The notes beneath the pieces are model-generated. The model saw nothing but the letters and a program-made list of their open reading frames with translations. It did not search any database and was not told the DNA's origin. Position numbers and translations under genes: made by a program. A DNA stretch of 64,000 nt from Emiliania huxleyi CCMP1516 (taxonomy: Eukaryota). Within the stretch, counting starts at the first letter, position 1, and each line of letters starts with the position of its first letter. This document shows positions 33,815-45,321 of the stretch, piece by piece. The stretch spans positions 1 through 64,000 of the forward strand of contig NW_005201984.1 in assembly GCF_000372725.1 (NCBI RefSeq), in the 5' to 3' direction.

Positions 33815-35629
33815 ATGGCCGAGTCTTCGAACGTCCGCCACACGGGCTCGAGCGTGTGCTGGAGCGGCGTCAAGGTGACCGCGGGCTCCAAGAAGAACCC
33901 AAAGCCGATCCTGAAAGGCGCGGGCGGCGAGGGTTTGAGTGGCTACGTCGAGGGTGGAAAGTTTTGCGCCATCATGGGGCCGAGCGGAGCTGGGAAGACC
34001 ACGCTCCTCAACGCGCTCGCCGGCCGCCGACTGCCAAACTTTGAGGGCACGGTCCTCGTCGACGGCAAGGAGCCCGATCGGCGCAGGATCGCGTTTGTCA
34101 TGCAAGAGGACGTGCTCTGCCCGACGCAAACGCCGCGCGAGGCGCTGATGTTCTCTGCGGGCTTGCGGCTCCCGGCCACCGTCTCGCTCGCGGAGAAGCG
34201 CAAGCTGGTCGAGGCGACCCTGCGCGAGCTCNNNNNNNNNNNNNNNNNNNNNNNNNNNNNNNNNNNNNNNNNNNNNNNNNNNNNNNNNNNNNNNNNNNNN
34301 NNNNNNNNNNNNNNNNNNNNNNNNNNNNNNNNNNNNNNNNNNNNNNNNNNNNNNNNNNNNNNNNNNNNNNNNNNNNNNNNNNNNNNNNNNNNNNNNNNNN
34401 NNNNNNNNNNNNNNNNNNNNNNNNNNNNNNNNNNNNNNNNNNNNNNNNNNNNNNNNNNNNNNNNNNNNNNNNNNNNNNNNNNNNNNNNNNNNNNNNNNNN
34501 NNNNNNNNNNNNNNNNNNNNNNNNNNNNNNNNNNNNNNNNNNNNNNNNNNNNNNNNNNNNNNNNNNNNNNNNNNNNNNNNNNNNNNNNNNNNNNNNNNNN
34601 NNNNNNNNNNNNNNNNNNNNNNNNNNNNNNNNNNNNNNNNNNNNNNNNNNNNNNNNNNNNNNNNNNNNNNNNNNNNNNNNNNNNNNNNNNNNNNNNNNNN
34701 NNNNNNNNNNNNNNNNNNNNNNNNNNNNNNNNNNNNNNNNNNNNNNNNNNNNNNNNNNNNNNNNNNNNNNNNNNNNNNNNNNNNNNNNNNNNNNNNNNNN
34801 NNNNNNNNNNNNNNNNNNNNNNNNNNNNNNNNNNNNNNNNNNNNNNNNNNNNNNNNNNNNNNNNGCCGGCCTCGTCGCCGCGATCGCCGCGCCCTGCTGC
34901 CTCAACCTCCTCTTCGCGGGCATCTTTTACCAGGCGGGCGATCGGGAACGCCCCAATTACCAGGTGATGACGCACTTTGGAGCAATCTCGCAGATCGCGA
35001 TCGGTGGCATGTTCGGCGCGGCGCAGCCGCTGCTGCTCTCCTTCCCGCTCGAGGCGGCGCTCTTCAAGAAGGAGTACGGCGTGGGCACCTACACTGCGAC
35101 AACCTACTTCGCCGCCAAGACCGCCGTCGAGGTGCCCAAGTCCTTCCTAGTCGCCGCGCTGACGTGGCTCGTCTCGTACTGGCTCATCGCCCTCGAGGGG
35201 CCCATCATCCTCTACATCCTCGCCCTCTGGCTGATGGGCTTCGCCATCGCCTCGACGGCGCTGCTGCTCGGCTGCCTCGTCCCCAACGTCGAGGTCGGGC
35301 TGCAGGTCTCGCCCGCCGTCCTCGTCCCACAAATCCTCTTTGCAGGCTTCTTCATCAAGAGCGAGCAGATCCCGCCCTTTCTGCGCTGGGCGCAGTACCT
35401 CTGCTCGCTGCGCTACGGCAACAACCTCTTCGCCCTCATCGCCTTTGGGCCGCAGGAGACGGACAGCTGGGACAACTCCACGCGTGCGGAGGCGGAGCTG
35501 CTGCTCGAGCTCAACCAGATCGAGCCCGGCGACTGGTGGGTGAACGTCCTCGTGCTCGCGAGCATCGGGGTGGCCTTCCGCCTCGTGGCCATTGCGGCGC
35601 TCTCCTGGCGCGCCGCTCGCACCGCGTGA
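33815..35629 (+). CDS. ABCG (White-like) half transporter, interrupted by a gap
   Basis: Walker A AIMGPSGAGKTTLLNALAGR, Q-loop FVMQEDVL..TPREALMFSAGLRLP, C-terminal ABC2 membrane domain (FPLEAALFKKEY..Y, PQILFAGFFIKSEQIP.FLRWAQYL). Confidence 0.95.
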   Translation: MAESSNVRHTGSSVCWSGVKVTAGSKKNPKPILKGAGGEGLSGYVEGGKFCAIMGPSGAGKTTLLNALAGRRLPNFEGTVLVDGKEPDRRRIAFVMQEDVLCPTQTPREALMFSAGLRLPATVSLAEKRKLVEATLRELXXXXXXXXXXXXXXXXXXXXXXXXXXXXXXXXXXXXXXXXXXXXXXXXXXXXXXXXXXXXXXXXXXXXXXXXXXXXXXXXXXXXXXXXXXXXXXXXXXXXXXXXXXXXXXXXXXXXXXXXXXXXXXXXXXXXXXXXXXXXXXXXXXXXXXXXXXXXXXXXXXXXXXXXXXXXXXXXXXXXXXXXXXXXXXXXXXXXXXXXXXXXXXXXXXXAGLVAAIAAPCCLNLLFAGIFYQAGDRERPNYQVMTHFGAISQIAIGGMFGAAQPLLLSFPLEAALFKKEYGVGTYTATTYFAAKTAVEVPKSFLVAALTWLVSYWLIALEGPIILYILALWLMGFAIASTALLLGCLVPNVEVGLQVSPAVLVPQILFAGFFIKSEQIPPFLRWAQYLCSLRYGNNLFALIAFGPQETDSWDNSTRAEAELLLELNQIEPGDWWVNVLVLASIGVAFRLVAIAALSWRAARTA

Positions 35630-35916
35630 GGCGCGCCGCGCTCCCCCGAGCCGCTCGGCCGATGTACGATCTCGGAATATGTACGCTGGTTGAGAGAATG
35701 AGAGAGGTGTTCGGTTCGGCAACAGAAGGGAAAGAAACCCTGTCTTAAAAGAGAAGTGTAGAGGGTACCCAGACCCACACGCCGGCGTAGCAAGTGTGCC
35801 CGCTCAGCTCCCGGACAGCTCCAGGACAACAGTGCGCCGCTCGCAAGAAGCTGAACGAACGCCCGCGCGCCTTTCTCACGGTCCGCGTCCCCCCCCGGCG
35901 CAGGAATTCCGGAGCA

Positions 35917-38495
35917 ATGCAGCAGCCCAGGACGCTGGGCAAGCAGATCCGCCCCGTCGGCGGCGGGAAGCAGATCCGCCCCGTCGGCGGCGGGAAGCAG
36001 CTGGGCCGCTACTACGGCGGCAAGCGGCCGCGCGGCAGTGACGACGAGGACGACGACGAGGACGACGACGAGGACGACGAGGGTGGTTCGGACGGCGATG
36101 CCGCCGGGCGGGGCGAGGCCGGTGACGACGAGGAGGACGAGTTTGGCCAGTGGGACGGCGAAGGCGACGAGGAGGAGGACAGGCCCCCTGCCGCGCCCGC
36201 CGTGCCGAGCGCGCCGCCGCCTGTCGGCAAGGTTGGCAAGGCGCTGGCGGTGGGCGTCGGGATGGGCAAGATGGCCAAGCCAGTCGGCGTGGGGATGGGC
36301 AAGGTGCGGAAGCCCGTGGGGATCGGCAAGGGCAAGATGGCCAAGCCAGTCGGCGTGGGGATGGGCAAGGGCGCGCGCGCGGCGTACGGCGGGAAGCAGG
36401 TCAGCCAGCGGCAGGTGTGCCTTCCGTGCAAACCTAGCGTGAACCTTGTCGGAGCCGTGCTTTAGGTCAGCCAGCGGCAGGTGTACGGGGGAAAGAAGCT
36501 GAGGCGGAAGGCGAGCAGTGACGACGACGAGTCGGACGAGGAGGAGGAGAGCGAGGAGGAGGAGGAGGAGGCGGAGGAGGAGGAGGCGGTGGAGACGGAC
36601 GAGGAGGCCGCAGACAGCGCGGAGGCGGCGGCGGCGGCGGGAGGGGAGGGAGGTGCCGAGGCGGAGGAGGAGGCACAGGAGAGCGAGGAGGAGGAGGAGG
36701 AGGAGGACTACAACTCGGCGGACGACTANNNNNNNNNNNNNNNNNNNNNNNNNNNNNNNNNNNNNNNNNNNNNNNNNNNNNNNNNNNNNNNNNNNNNNNN
36801 NNNNNNNNNNNNNNNNNNNNNNNNNNNNGACCCAGCACCCGCGCCCGCGCAGAGCGCCTCGAGAAGCGCGATCAGCGGAAGGAGCAGCTCGAGGTGCGCG
36901 CCAAGATCCGGGCGCAGCGCAACCAGAATGCCGCCACGAAGCGCTCGTCTGCGCGCGGCAAGGCCACCGCTGGCAAGGACCGCGCCTCGCAGATGCGGGA
37001 GCTGGGCGCGAAGCGGAGGGAGGCGGAGGCGCGGCGGGACCGCGACCGGGAGCAGCGGCAGGGCGGCAGCGACGACGACGACGACGAGGGGGGGGAGGAG
37101 GAGGAGGAGCGGGCGGGCGCCCCCTCCGCCGACGTGCGGCGGCGCGAGCCCGCGGCGAGCGCCGACCCGATGGAGGGGTTCGGAGGGGAGGGCGCCGGCT
37201 TCGAGGCGGCCGCGGACCCGCCGACGCTCGAGCGGATCCGGCTGACGCGCAACAAGCTGGAGCTGTGGCTGCTCGAGCCCTTCTTCGAGAGGGTGCTGCC
37301 GGGCTGCCTCGTCCGGATCGGAATCGGACAGCAGAGCTCCGGCCGGCCGGTGTACAAGGTGGCGGAGGTGCTCGGCGTCAAGGACGGCTTCAAGCCCTAC
37401 ATGATGGGCAAGGCCAAGACGACCAAGCGGCTCGAGCTCGCCATCGGCAGCGCCAAGAAGGCCTTCGCGATGAACTTTGTCTCGAACCAAAACTTTGAGG
37501 TGCAGGAGCTCGAAAAGTACCGCCGCTCGCTCAAGGAGGCGGGCGGGGTGGACCGGTGGCCGTCGCAGCGGGCGGTGGACCAGAAGGCGGAGGAGCTGCG
37601 CAAGTGCAAGGACTACGACTACACCGAGGAGGAGATCAACGCGATGGTCGCCGAGAAGAAGAAGCTCGGGCTCACCAAGGGGCGCGCGGCCGCCGACAAG
37701 GCCACGCTCGCGATGGACTTGCTCGCCGCGCGCGAGGGCGACGAGGAGACGCGCAAGCAGCTCGAGGCGGAGCAGAAGAAGCTCGAGGCGCGGCAGGCGA
37801 GCGAGAAGCGGCTGCAGGAGCAGCGCGAGGGCAAGGCCTTCGCCATCAAGGACATCAACATGCGCAACCGCGCCTTTGAGCTCTCCGTGGCCCGGACCGC
37901 GGGCGAGAGGGCGAAAGCGCAGCGGGCCGGCGACGCCCCCTCCGTCAAGGACCCGTTCGCACGCATCGAGAACCGCGGCACCAACTACTACACCATCGGC
38001 AAGGCCGCCGAGCCGGCGACCGCAGCCGCGGAGGGGGCGGGCCCTTCCAGCGCCGCCCCCTCCGCGCCGGAGCTCGCCATCGACGTGAGCGCGCCGGCGG
38101 AGCCGCACGCCGACAGCGGCATCAGCCCCGGCTTCCGCGAGCTCATCGCGACACCGCGGCCGGGCAGCAACGCAGAATTGCCCCCCGCCGAGCGCGCCGT
38201 CGCCGACATCGCCGCCGCCGGATTTGGAGACCTCGCCCTGAGCGCCCCCTCGCCGCGCGTCGGCGGCGGCCGCGCGGGTGGTGCGGCCGCTGGCCGGCTG
38301 CCTGAGCTGGTCGGCCGGCGCGCAAAGGCGCACGCCGTCGACATCGACATCGACATCGACATCGACGCGCCCGTGGCCTCCGTGCCTCGCTTGCCCACGG
38401 TGGTCCGTGGCGCGCCGCCGCTGCAGCCACCGTCCGACGCGCCGCGAAACACGCTCAGCGTCTCCGACTACAAGCGGCGCATGGGCATCCTGTAG
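35917..38495 (+). CDS. RTF1: RTF1 (Paf1 complex, Plus3 domain) with acidic and GK-repeat N-terminus; intron ~36400-36480; gap inside
   Basis: Plus3 domain LERIRLTRNKLELWLLEPFFERVLPGCLVRIGIG..PVYKVAEV..PY..TTKRLEL..FVSNQNF; YTEEEINAMVAEKK; INMRNR; DPFAR; C-terminal LSVSDYKRRMGIL. Confidence 0.93.
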
Positions 38496-38810
38496 TGTCA
38501 CCGCGAAGAGGGACGTGCGCGCGCTCTCGGGCCGGCAGCGAGACGCCTCCGCGCACTGGTCGGCGGTGCCGGGAAATGCGAGTCTCGGTGCGCTGAAATT
38601 TGGGGGGGGCGTGGCGGCGGGGCGTGGGGGCGGGGTGGGGGGGGAGTCACACTGAGGTCCAGGTCGGCCGCCGGGCCGGCGGCGGTCTGCGGTGCCGGTG
38701 CCGGGGCCCCCGTCGGGTACTGCGACACGCTCGCTATGTAAAGGGCGATCCGCATACAGCCCGTTCAACAAAAAGCTCAGCGTCAGCCTCACGGCTCACT
38801 GAGCAACAGC

Positions 38811-41399
38811 TCAAGACCATCGCAGATTGAGGGGCTTTGCAACCTCGGGGGAAGCAGGCAGGACAGCTTCGTTACTAGGGACCGTCTTGGTCTTCCCTGT
38901 TCGTCTGCTGTGCTGACCACTCGCCCTGCGCTGCGAATCTCGTGTGGATGGGCACGCACTCCAAGTCGCCACACTAGGAATGGGTCTGCTGCTGCCATTG
39001 CTGACGATGGCGCTCGGCGTGACCTCCGAGTCCAACGCCCCGGAGGGGCAGCACCACCCGCTGGCGCCGCGCACGACTTGCTGCCGGTGTGACTCCATCG
39101 ACGCCAGCAAGCTGTGTTGCTGGAGCTCCGTGGCCGCGAGGAGAACCCCCTGTTGATCGCGCAAGATAGTGAGCGCCTCGACCAGCGCGGACCGAAAGTC
39201 GTCCAGCGATGCGCCCGCGACGGAGGCGGTCCTACAGAGGCCACACGAGGTGCGTCGCCGGTGGATAGAAACGGGGCGCGATGGGGTGGGAGCGCAGCCT
39301 GAGCAAGTCGTCGAGCGACGCTGCCGCGGCGCGCCGGCTGAAGATGCTGCGGAGGCATTGACGGCGGAGGTGTGACTGCGGCAGCGGACCGTCGGGCGGG
39401 AAGAGGGCGTCGAGCAGACGGGACCACAGAGACCGCGCAATCGCGTCGAGGCTGCCGTCACTGCCCCGCTGGCAAACGTCGGCGGCGGACGCCACGAACG
39501 CCTGCACGGCCGCCTCTGCTGACTCTGACGATGAAGCGCCGTGCAGGGATGCAAGGCCGAGGCGCAACGCCCGGAGGAGAAGATCGAGAGCGGCGGCGCT
39601 CTCGCGCTGTCGAGCAGCGGCGTCAATGGCGCTGACGGGCAAAGCCCCGCTCAGAGCATATGGCACCGCCGCGTCGATGAGCGCCAGCGGCAACCCCGGG
39701 GGGCTCGGTTCGGCGGCGACGCCGCGGAACAAATCATGCAATGGGCCGGTGCCAGCGCACAGAGCCGCCTCGATCGCAACTGCACAAGCCTCGGCGAGGT
39801 GCGGCGGGGTCGGCTCCCCCGCCGCCGGATCCACGGCCGCCGCCTCTGCCCGGAGGAACGAGACGCCGGTAGACGACACCACATCGCACAAATTCCCTGC
39901 CTCCTCCGCCAGCTCGAGCAGACCTCTCGAGCGGTGGTGCGCGAGCATCCGGAGTAGCGAGGCCAACGCCGCCCGACCCTTCCCGCGCCGCAAGAGACCA
40001 CTCACCTGCTCGCGCCACGCCTGCAGCCGTACCACCAGCGGCGCCTACGGTGCACGCCACGGAACGCGTTCTGCACGTGCCATGGGTGCAATGGCGGCCT
40101 CAGCGGCAGGGGCGCCGTGTTCGGCAGCAGCGATGGCCCGTCGCTATCACTCTCGGCGGCACCACTGGCTCTGACTCCGGCCGCCGGCACGTTGAGCAGC
40201 ACGAGGCTCTCTTCGTCCGCGGCGAACGCGACAGCGCCGTGCGAGAGCTCGACGTGAGCCCGGACCCTCACTCTGGGGACCTCCTCGAGCAACCGAATGG
40301 CGGCTTTGCCACCGTCCTCGCCCGGCTCCTCCTCGTACACGCGCAGCGAGCCGTCGCGATGCAGCAGCAGCAGCGCACCGCAGCAGAGCCACGAGAGCGC
40401 ACGGGCGGGCGAGCTGAGCGGCACACTCGCCGCGAGGCGGAAAGCGGGGCCCTCTCCTGCTCGGCCATCGTCGGCGCTCTAGAGGTCGAGAGAGGCCCCG
40501 GCCGATAGGACGAAGGCCGCGGGGAACGGTCCCACACGCCTCGAAGTGAGGCTCTCGTCGCCACCGCCGCGCCAGCAGACTGGAAGGGACGTCCCTGTGA
40601 GGCGAGACCGCTCGAGCGCCGAAGCGGGGTCGAGAGGCGGGTGCCACGCGCGCCTCCATGCACAGAGGGGCTCCGCCTGAAGCGCCGGCGGCATTGGCAC
40701 CCGGTGGAGCAGCCTCACGATCGGCGTTATCTGAATCACCATGCAGAGGCGGTGCGTGCAGACCAGGAGGAGGGTGGCGTTGGCGTCGACCCGAGAGCCA
40801 CTGGCGGCAGCGCGCACCCCGGCGCCCGCCGCCGCTGTCCGGAATGCTGGGGGCGTTGCCGCCTCAGCAGCTGTGATGGGACCGGAGGAGCCGTCGAGGA
40901 GGCGTCGCCGGCGGAGGCTCCACTCGTCGTATGCGGTCAGACCCTCATACTCGAGGAGCTGCGCCACGCCCGCCTCGTCACAGCTGACCGCGAGAGTCGA
41001 GGAGGACGATGGCAAAAATCGGACGTGCCGGACCGCCGCGCGGTGCAGGCTGGAGTGCAGGTCAGCGACGGCGTGCAGCGCCGCAGTGGCCCCGACATTC
41101 TCGCTGGACAAACTCCAAAGCCGCACCGCACCCGATGAGTGGCCCACAAGCAGCAAGTCCGACGAGGCCGTGAGCGCAGTCACTGCGTCGCCGCTGTCGT
41201 CGAGCCGGAACGCGCGATGCAGACTACCGCTGGCCCGCTCGAACACGAGGACTGCTCCACTGGGCTGCCCAAGCAGCACAAGGTCGTGGCGTAGGCCGAC
41301 ACAGGACGGCGTGCTCACCTCTGTGTGGCGCCACGACAACAGACGCACGATAGGGACATCAGTCACCTCAGCAGCCCAAGCGAGCCAGCTGGGTGGCAT
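38811..41399 (-). CDS. VPS8-like WD40 plus alpha-solenoid protein; compact and fragmented over several frames (introns or pseudogene)
   Basis: WD40-like blades (LLGQPSGAVLVF, VTALTASSDLLLVGHSSGAVRLW, HRAAVRHVRF, AVSCDEAG, LLDG), WREQVSGLLRRGKGRAAL, CAVAIEAALC, C-terminal DDFRSALVEAL..LLAATEL..VRG. Order resembles Vps8. Confidence 0.6.
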
Positions 41400-41594
41400 C
41401 GGTCCCCCGTCACATGTGTATGTGGCCGCCGGAGAATTCTTTTTTAGGGATGGGAGAGAGATTTGTGTGTGTGGCAGCCCAGCTGGCTCCTGTGGCCGAG
41501 TGTCTATTCTTGTGAGTTTGTGTGTGTGTCTGACTGTAGTCTGTGTTCAGCGTGCCGTCAAACGGATGGTCAGATGGTCACTCACTTGTCATAG

Positions 41595-41737
<143 letters not shown>

Positions 41738-41804
41738 CTCACTCACCGACCGCACCGCGCGCACGCCCACCGAAGAAGGACTCCTTATCAGCTGGTCGGC
41801 CGCC

Positions 41805-42536
41805 ATGCTGGCCTCCGGGCCTGCTGCGGCGCCGCGGCCGGTTGAGGCCGGGCTCGGCCCGGCCCGCGACGGCTGGCCGCCGACGAGCGCGCTCGCGCTG
41901 CTCGTCAAAATGGCGGCGGTGGCGATTGCGGCGACGGTCGTTCAGTCGTACAGCGCTCAGGCGTCTGTCGTCTGTCGTCTGTTGTCGCATTTCGCACACG
42001 CGCGCGCCGCGCGACCCGCGTCGCTCCGCGAGGGCATGAGCCTTCCGCGATTCGATCCCGCAGCCAAAAGCTGCTCGCTCGAACCGCGGCCGACTCCGCC
42101 ATCGCGGCCGCAGCTGTTGAGCTCTCCAGAAGACTGGCGCCTGATATGCTGCCTCCCTGCGGATGCTGCCGGCGAGCCTGGCGGTCCGCTGCACTACAAG
42201 GATGTGCTGACTCGATGCCTTCCCGCAATCTTCTACCCGTACGACTCGGAACACGAATGTGACAGGACCATCGGGTCCTTCAGCCACCAAAGCGAGATCA
42301 CCCGAGAGCAGCTGAGTCTGCCTCTGGCCTCGCCTCCCTCTCCTCCAGGCATTCGTGGCATCCTATGGGTCGTCCAGAGTATCGACCTCTGGCTTCGTGT
42401 CAGCCAGCCCCACTTTGAGGGCGCCATCAAGTACAGCGATCGCCACCTCGCTGGCCTCTCCGCAAGGCCCCCCGACCGCGTCGAACTCATCGGCGCGGGC
42501 TCTCTCGGCTACGGGACCGGCCCCAGCTTCGGCTGA
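41805..42536 (+). CDS. Hypothetical protein
   Basis: ATG-initiated 243-aa ORF with a hydrophobic N-terminal stretch; no family recognised. Confidence 0.4.
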   Translation: MLASGPAAAPRPVEAGLGPARDGWPPTSALALLVKMAAVAIAATVVQSYSAQASVVCRLLSHFAHARAARPASLREGMSLPRFDPAAKSCSLEPRPTPPSRPQLLSSPEDWRLICCLPADAAGEPGGPLHYKDVLTRCLPAIFYPYDSEHECDRTIGSFSHQSEITREQLSLPLASPPSPPGIRGILWVVQSIDLWLRVSQPHFEGAIKYSDRHLAGLSARPPDRVELIGAGSLGYGTGPSFG

Positions 42537-42840
42537 GGGCTAACAAGCTGCCGAGCCCAAATCTCTGTGAGAGTCGTGATTTCTTGTTGGTCTTCAAAAA
42601 TCTCTCTCTCTCTCTCGCCCACCGCGCCCTGCCTAGGTGCTAGGTCGGAAAGAGAGGAGGGAAGAGGAAAATGAGGAGCGCGCAACACCAGCCGCGGTAT
42701 TCTGGTCTGTCTGTCGTCAAGACTGTGAACACCTCACGAAGCACGTATTTTCTTCATCTAACCGTGGTATACGAACGCAAAGCGATCTTGTGCTGCGCAC
42801 CAAACAAAGTTGTGCTTGCCGCGCTCGGCATTGCTGGAGA

Positions 42841-43680
42841 ATGACAGCTGCGACCCTGTGTCCACTGCCCGCGCTCGACTTCTCGCCGGCTGACGTGCGA
42901 GCCTACCTTCGCCGGGTGTACGGGGAGAGCTGCAGCAGTAAGCTGGCCTCCCGTCTGAATGTGCTCAATCTCACTGCATTGATGAATGTCTCGGTGGTGA
43001 CGCGGCAGTACGTGGCAGCCCTCCGCCAGACCTTTCCGCACAGATTCGGCTGGCACTCGTGCTGGAAGAATGCTTGCGACAAGGGCCGGTTCGTTCCTAC
43101 CTTCAATGTGCACACTCCGCTCGAGCTTGCGTGGCGACTGCACCTGCACCGCAAAGAAGTGTTTCGGGGGCGCGGGCATGTGGCGGTGGCCAATCACTCG
43201 TGGGCGGAAGTCACTCACTGCGGCGGCTCTCAGTTTGAGCATAGTGCCGCCTATTTCTATCGTGCCGCCGGTAGCGGTCTGTGGATTCGTCTTGGCCGCA
43301 CGATTGCCTTTGGCAGCCATGAGGAGGCTGTGCGGCATTTTCTCGGGACGTCGTGCAGCCGAGGTCCGATGGAGGCCAGGGATTTCAACGGCAGGCTTCA
43401 GTGCGACAAAGAGCTTGACGCCATGGCCTCGGTGGCTCGCAGGCGGGGGTACGAGACGGTGCAGTTCCTCCAGCACTGCGACGCGAAGTGTGAGCAGTGC
43501 CCGCACGAGATTGCCGCGCTGTACGGCGGCGGCGGCCGCACGGCGTGCCCGAACGTTGAGATGAGGCGTGGGTCCCGGGCACAGTGGAGATGCACCTGCG
43601 TACCACATGGCGCCAGTTCTGGCACGCCGGCAAAACCAAGACGCGGGCTGTGTGCCTCTTGCGCTGAGTGGCTCGGCTAA
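42841..43680 (+). CDS. Hypothetical Cys/His-rich protein
   Basis: Uninterrupted ORF with globular-looking motifs (NHSWAEVTHCGG, YFYRAAGSGLWIRLGRTIAF, GYETVQFLQHCD, HEI). Confidence 0.7.
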   Translation: MTAATLCPLPALDFSPADVRAYLRRVYGESCSSKLASRLNVLNLTALMNVSVVTRQYVAALRQTFPHRFGWHSCWKNACDKGRFVPTFNVHTPLELAWRLHLHRKEVFRGRGHVAVANHSWAEVTHCGGSQFEHSAAYFYRAAGSGLWIRLGRTIAFGSHEEAVRHFLGTSCSRGPMEARDFNGRLQCDKELDAMASVARRRGYETVQFLQHCDAKCEQCPHEIAALYGGGGRTACPNVEMRRGSRAQWRCTCVPHGASSGTPAKPRRGLCASCAEWLG

Positions 43681-44261
43681 GTTACCGCACTGGCTATCCC
43701 TTTGTGTTACGCGCGCGCGCGTACATGCTACATCCGCGGAACACATACTCCACGGCGCGCGACGTACAACACGCAAATCGCGGCGCTTGGCGGCACATGA
43801 CCATGAGCACACAGCATGCGCGCATGACCGATGACGCGCACATGACCCATGCCGTATGTTTCTGCCGAGAGCGTGGTGGCTGGTAGGTCCCACCCTCGCC
43901 GAGGGTGTGTGTGTTCGTGAAATGCCCTACCTTCCCACTCGGCGGGTCGACCTGGTATCGGACCCCGACTCGACGGAAAGCCGGACCGGATCCTGCCGCT
44001 CGACTCCACACATGTACATGTCCACATCCGTGGCGACGATGACGGGCTTGTCCTACCGTTCAAAGCGCCGCCCGCGCCGCCTCACCCGTGGCGCCTCTCG
44101 GCCGGTGACCCGCCGCAACCGGTACGGCCCGTTCCCCGGGCTGTGTGGGCATCTGTCAGCGTCGGTCACGCTAGGACTCTGTTTGCGTCGTACTGGCACA
44201 CACAAAAGAAAAATCCGTTTGCCGCCCACTCTCCCGCCCACATGTTGCCGTCTGGTATCCA

Positions 44262-44789
44262 TCAAGGCTGATCAACGTAGCGGCCACTGTCCAAGTCCCT
44301 CATGCATCGAGCGGCGGGAATCGCTCGGCCACCCATGCAGACGACGACCGAGCCGGGCGGGAGCACGTCCGTAACACCCACCGCCACGCCGACGTTGAAT
44401 GTAGCGTCCGAGTCCTTGAAGCGCTCCGGCTTTGTCGCTCCGACAAACGCCACCGATTTGCCCACTGCTGCACCTGACGCCTCCACAAACTGCGCGGTCT
44501 CGATCATCGTGTCCGTGCCGTGCGTCACCACTATCCGACGCTCCGGCGCCCGCCGGATCGACATGACCAAGCTCTCTCGGTCTTCGGTCGTTATCTCCGT
44601 GCTGTCCTTCTTGCAAACGCTTTCGCAGCGCCAGCCTTCCACCTGAGCGACAGTGAGCACCCTGATCGCCGCTGGCTCGTCAATCTCAAACGCGTATCCC
44701 ATTGTTGTCCTCGGATAGTCCTTGTCGATGGTGCCGCCAAGTCCCAGTACGGCTAGCTGCAGTGCGTTTCGTTCCGCTCGTTGCGACAT
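44262..44789 (-). CDS. Short single-domain L-asparaginase-like protein
   Basis: GGTIDKDY (catalytic Thr motif), KDSTEITTEDR, VVTHGTDTMIETA, GATKP..FKDSDATFNVG; intronless. Confidence 0.9.
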   Translation of the reverse strand: MSQRAERNALQLAVLGLGGTIDKDYPRTTMGYAFEIDEPAAIRVLTVAQVEGWRCESVCKKDSTEITTEDRESLVMSIRRAPERRIVVTHGTDTMIETAQFVEASGAAVGKSVAFVGATKPERFKDSDATFNVGVAVGVTDVLPPGSVVVCMGGRAIPAARCMRDLDSGRYVDQP

Positions 44790-44924
44790 GGCTTCCGCAC
44801 ACTCGGCGCCGCCTGCAACGCGTCGACTTGGGCGTGTAACGAGACTCGGCGCCGCCTGCAACACTCGGCGCGCCTGCAGCGTCGAATCGTGTAAAAGAAT
44901 TATTCGGTGGCGACAGGCAGGAAA

Positions 44925-45050
44925 AGGCGGACGCCCAAGGGTGGGCGACGGCTAGCGCACCACACCCCTCTCCTTAAAATCCCTGTGTGGTGGCGGCGTG
45001 CCGTCCTCCCATCCCTCCCTTGGGTTTTCCGTTTTCTTTCTTTCTTTTTC
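44925..45050 (-). repeat. Dispersed intergenic repeat (reverse copy)
   Basis: Reverse complement of ~1862-1985. Confidence 0.9.
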
Positions 45051-45321
45051 GGACAGGCACTACAAAAGGCGTACAAACGGTCGCGCGCCCCGGCGGGCAA
45101 AAAAAGAAAAATGCGAAGTGCTCACAACTGGTAGCGGCTTGCGCACGAGCGCTTGTGCACCCGACCCCGCCCGACCGTGTCTGACACTGCAGTACAAGCT
45201 CCGGGACCAGCTGTACATGTGTGTGCCCGCCCACGACTCGACCCAACCGGCCGCCGTGCCCGGTTCCACACCCCTGTATAGGGCGGGGAGGCGTGCACTT
45301 GAACAACGGAGCTCGGAGGAC

